This document shows, one piece after another, positions 61,722-64,000 of a stretch of 64,000 nt of DNA. Source of the DNA: an uncultured Acidobacteriota bacterium (GTDB lineage: Bacteria; Acidobacteriota; Thermoanaerobaculia; Multivoradales; JAHEKO01). The notes beneath the pieces were generated by a model that made no database searches, was not told the DNA's origin, and saw nothing but the letters and a program-made list of their open reading frames with translations. Position numbers and translations under genes: made by a program. Numbering within the stretch: position 1 is the first letter of the stretch; every line of letters begins with the position of its first letter. The DNA is taken from the NCBI GenBank assembly GCA_963713825.1, contig CAVQNG010000003.1, positions 736,001 to 800,000 on the forward strand. Reading direction: 5' to 3'.

Positions 61722-62930
61722 GTGAGCTCGAATCCTCGACGTATCGCCATCATCGGAGCCGGCCCGACCGGACTCGAAGCCGCCCTGGCCGCCGCCGAGG
61801 CGAACCTGTCTTTCACTCTCTACGAAGCAGGCCCCACGACGGCCGCCTTCCTGCGAATGTGGGGCCACGTCAGGCTCTTCTCCCCCTGGGACTTGAGTGT
61901 CTCCCCCCGGGCTCGCAAAGCGCTGGAGACAGCAGGCCACGACGTACCCTCGGGCCCCGACTGTCCGACGGCCGAGGAGTTGGCTGATGCGGTCTTCGAG
62001 CCACTGGCGAAGCTGCCCCTTCTCGAGGACAACCTCCGCTTGCGCACCCCTGTTCTGGCCGTGAGTCGGGAGGGCCTTCTCAAACACGAGGAGATCGGTA
62101 CTCCAGGACGGGCCCAGCACCCCTTCCGGCTTCTTCTCACCGATTCTCAGGATCGTGAGTGGACCGAGCAGGCCGAGATCGTGATCGACTGCACCGGCAA
62201 CTACGGCACCCCCAACTCCCTGGGCGATGGCGGTATCCCGGCCCCAGGTGAAGAAAACCTGGAGGATGTCATCGTGCGGTGGGTCCCCAACTTCGCGATC
62301 CAGGAGGGTGTCTGGGCCGGCAAGGAGATCCTGCTGGTCGGCGCCGGTCATTCGGCGAAGACCGCTGCGGTGGAGCTGGCGGCTCTGGCGCAGCGACACC
62401 CCAGTACCCGGATTCTCTGGGCTGTCCGACGAGCCGAGCCGAGCTGGGAAGTCCAACAGGACGACCCGCTTCCAGAGCGTGCCCACCTCATTCGTCAGGC
62501 GCAAGCGATCGCCACCGGAGGCTCGGCCAATGTCGAGATGATCACCGGTGTGGTGGTGGACGCACTCGAGAGAAAGGGTCAAAGGGTGGGCGTCACCTTC
62601 AGGGATCAGCAAGGCGAGCACTGCAGTGTAGAGGTCGACCGAGTTCTCTCCCTGACGGGCTTTGTCGGCGATCACCAGCTCTACCGTCAACTCCAGGTCC
62701 ACGAGTGCTATGCGACCTGCGGTCCCATGAAGCTGGCCGCCTCGCTGCTCTCGTCGAGCTCCGATTGTCTTACTCAGACCAGCCAGGGCATCGAAACCCT
62801 GACCAACCCCGAGCCCGACTTCTACATCCTGGGATCCAAGTCTTACGGCAGAAATAGCTCGTTCTTGATGCGCCTGGGCTGGCAACAAGTGGACGATGTT
62901 TTCGACTTCGTCACCACCGGAGTCGCCTAG
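61722..62930 (+). CDS. FAD/NAD(P)-dependent flavoprotein oxidoreductase (FMO/ArsO-like)
   Basis: IIGAGPTG, W.HV.LFSPW, DCTG, VGAGHSA, ECYA..GPMKLAA, G.KSYGR; GGAGA RBS before GTG. Confidence 0.85.
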   Translation: MSSNPRRIAIIGAGPTGLEAALAAAEANLSFTLYEAGPTTAAFLRMWGHVRLFSPWDLSVSPRARKALETAGHDVPSGPDCPTAEELADAVFEPLAKLPLLEDNLRLRTPVLAVSREGLLKHEEIGTPGRAQHPFRLLLTDSQDREWTEQAEIVIDCTGNYGTPNSLGDGGIPAPGEENLEDVIVRWVPNFAIQEGVWAGKEILLVGAGHSAKTAAVELAALAQRHPSTRILWAVRRAEPSWEVQQDDPLPERAHLIRQAQAIATGGSANVEMITGVVVDALERKGQRVGVTFRDQQGEHCSVEVDRVLSLTGFVGDHQLYRQLQVHECYATCGPMKLAASLLSSSSDCLTQTSQGIETLTNPEPDFYILGSKSYGRNSSFLMRLGWQQVDDVFDFVTTGVA

Positions 62931-62980
62931 TCCATCCCTGCGCCGGCGGGAATCTCCTCGGAGCCCTTAATCCCTTCTTC

Positions 62981-63415
62981 TCACGCCGCCTCGTCTCCCC
63001 CTTCTCTGGGGAACTGGGCCCTGAGACACTCCGCAAAGCTACGGCAGGCATCGGTGACGGTGAAAATACCGGCCAGCCTGCCCTCCTTGACCACCAGGAC
63101 GGAGCCGGTTTGGCGTCGAGCCATCTTCGCGAGGACCTGGTCCAGTGGCTCCGACAAGTCGACCTCGAAGGTTTCCTGGTGAGCAACGTCGGCGACTTTG
63201 AGGGCCCCGCCGCCAGCTCTCTCGGCACGCCGAAGATCCGACTCGCCAACGACGCCAATGAGTTCTCCGTGATCCATCACGGGAAGATGATGGAAGCCGA
63301 ACCCCACCATCATCTCCTTGGCCTCCGTCGTCGACGCAGTCGCCTCGATGGAGTGCGGGAAGGGGGTCATTACGGCCTTTACCGGTGGAATGCTCTTCGC
63401 TGTGCGGGGCCACAT
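62981..63415 (-). CDS. CBS domain protein
   Basis: Tandem CBS motifs (HHLPV..GELIGVV, LVV..GRLAGIFT..D). Confidence 0.88.
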   Translation of the reverse strand: MWPRTAKSIPPVKAVMTPFPHSIEATASTTEAKEMMVGFGFHHLPVMDHGELIGVVGESDLRRAERAGGGALKVADVAHQETFEVDLSEPLDQVLAKMARRQTGSVLVVKEGRLAGIFTVTDACRSFAECLRAQFPREGGDEAA

Positions 63416-63418
63416 GAT

Positions 63419-64000
63419 TCATCCTCCCTCAGGAGACAGCCAGGCGGGCAGCTGTGTCGCCCTGTCGAGGCAGATCAAGGGTTCTGCCTTCTCGAGGACG
63501 CTGCGGCTCTCTGAGCCGCTACAGACGGCGACCACGCCCGTGCTGGCGTTGTGGGCCATCTGCAAATCGTGAATCGTGTCGCCGATCATCAGGGTTCGAT
63601 CGGTCTTCACGCCCAACTCGTCCGAAATATCGAGAATCATCTGTGGGTCGGGCTTGCTGCGGGCCTCGTCCACCGTCCGGGTAGCCAGGAAGAACTCCCC
63701 CATCCCTGTCGCTTCGAGATCCCGGCTCAGACCCTTGCGACCCTTGGCGGTAGCCAGGCCCAGAAGATACCCCTCTTCTCGCAGGTCCTCCAGAAGAGAG
63801 GGTACGCCAGGAAAGAGTCGTGGCTGATGAGAATAGGTCTCGAGCCAATGCCGACCGTAGGTTTCCACGATGGCGTGAAACATCGCCTCGTCACACCCGG
63901 GAGCAAAGCGTTCCACGGTCTCTCGCAAACCCAAACCGATGGCGCTGCGAATCTGCTCGTCAGGGACCGGTGGTTGATCGAGGTCCCGCAAAGCCTCCTG
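63419..64000 (-). CDS. HAD-IA family hydrolase (phosphoglycolate phosphatase-like), 5' end off-window
   Basis: IGLGL, LFPG, AT.K, SKPDP, MIGDT..DL.MA. Confidence 0.88.
   Translation of the reverse strand, partial: QEALRDLDQPPVPDEQIRSAIGLGLRETVERFAPGCDEAMFHAIVETYGRHWLETYSHQPRLFPGVPSLLEDLREEGYLLGLATAKGRKGLSRDLEATGMGEFFLATRTVDEARSKPDPQMILDISDELGVKTDRTLMIGDTIHDLQMAHNASTGVVAVCSGSESRSVLEKAEPLICLDRATQLPAWLSPEGG

Noticed and set aside
57803-62930. Selenocysteine read-through in the radical SAM/DUF2064 system
   Set aside because: No in-frame TGA interrupts a conserved domain; the TGA codons lie at natural ends or ATGA overlaps.

Overview
High-GC bacterial chromosome segment. Gene style (Oar-type TonB receptor, Thr-sulfatase-TPR, DUF6116) suggests Acidobacteriota/Thermoanaerobaculia, which is an inference. 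(1) 1-16 kb is housekeeping: an LPS-kinase/glycoside-hydrolase-like fusion that runs off the window and is missing from the ORF track, rng, mreBCD-mrdA-rodA, ppiD/surA, ruvAB, a lipid kinase, an acyl-CoA synthetase and a collapsed Fpg/Nei pseudogene. (2) About 18.6-52.8 kb is a large peptidoglycan scavenging/recycling locus: alr, TonB receptor, murQ, DUF819, amine dehydrogenase, SpmAB, M20, two LD-carboxypeptidases, two serine hydrolases, lysA, D-aminoacylase, M14, a NagZ-AmiE-NamZ triple fusion, SSS transporter, nagB, YdjC deacetylase, MurK-like kinase, Ala-Glu epimerase and an amidase. An IS481 element interrupts it. (3) 52.9-57.6 kb is a type III PKS/FAAL phenolic-lipid cluster. (4) 57.8-62.9 kb is a divergent putative organoarsenic operon: DUF2064, ArsM, ArsS-like radical SAM, a degenerate Cys-rich metallophosphoesterase and a flavoprotein. 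Non-coding structure includes a TA-flanked 182-bp MITE-like element at the rodA stop and a family of modular palindromic repeats at four convergent gene junctions. No rRNA, tRNA or CRISPR array was recognised. All product calls come from motif recognition by eye; no database searches were run.
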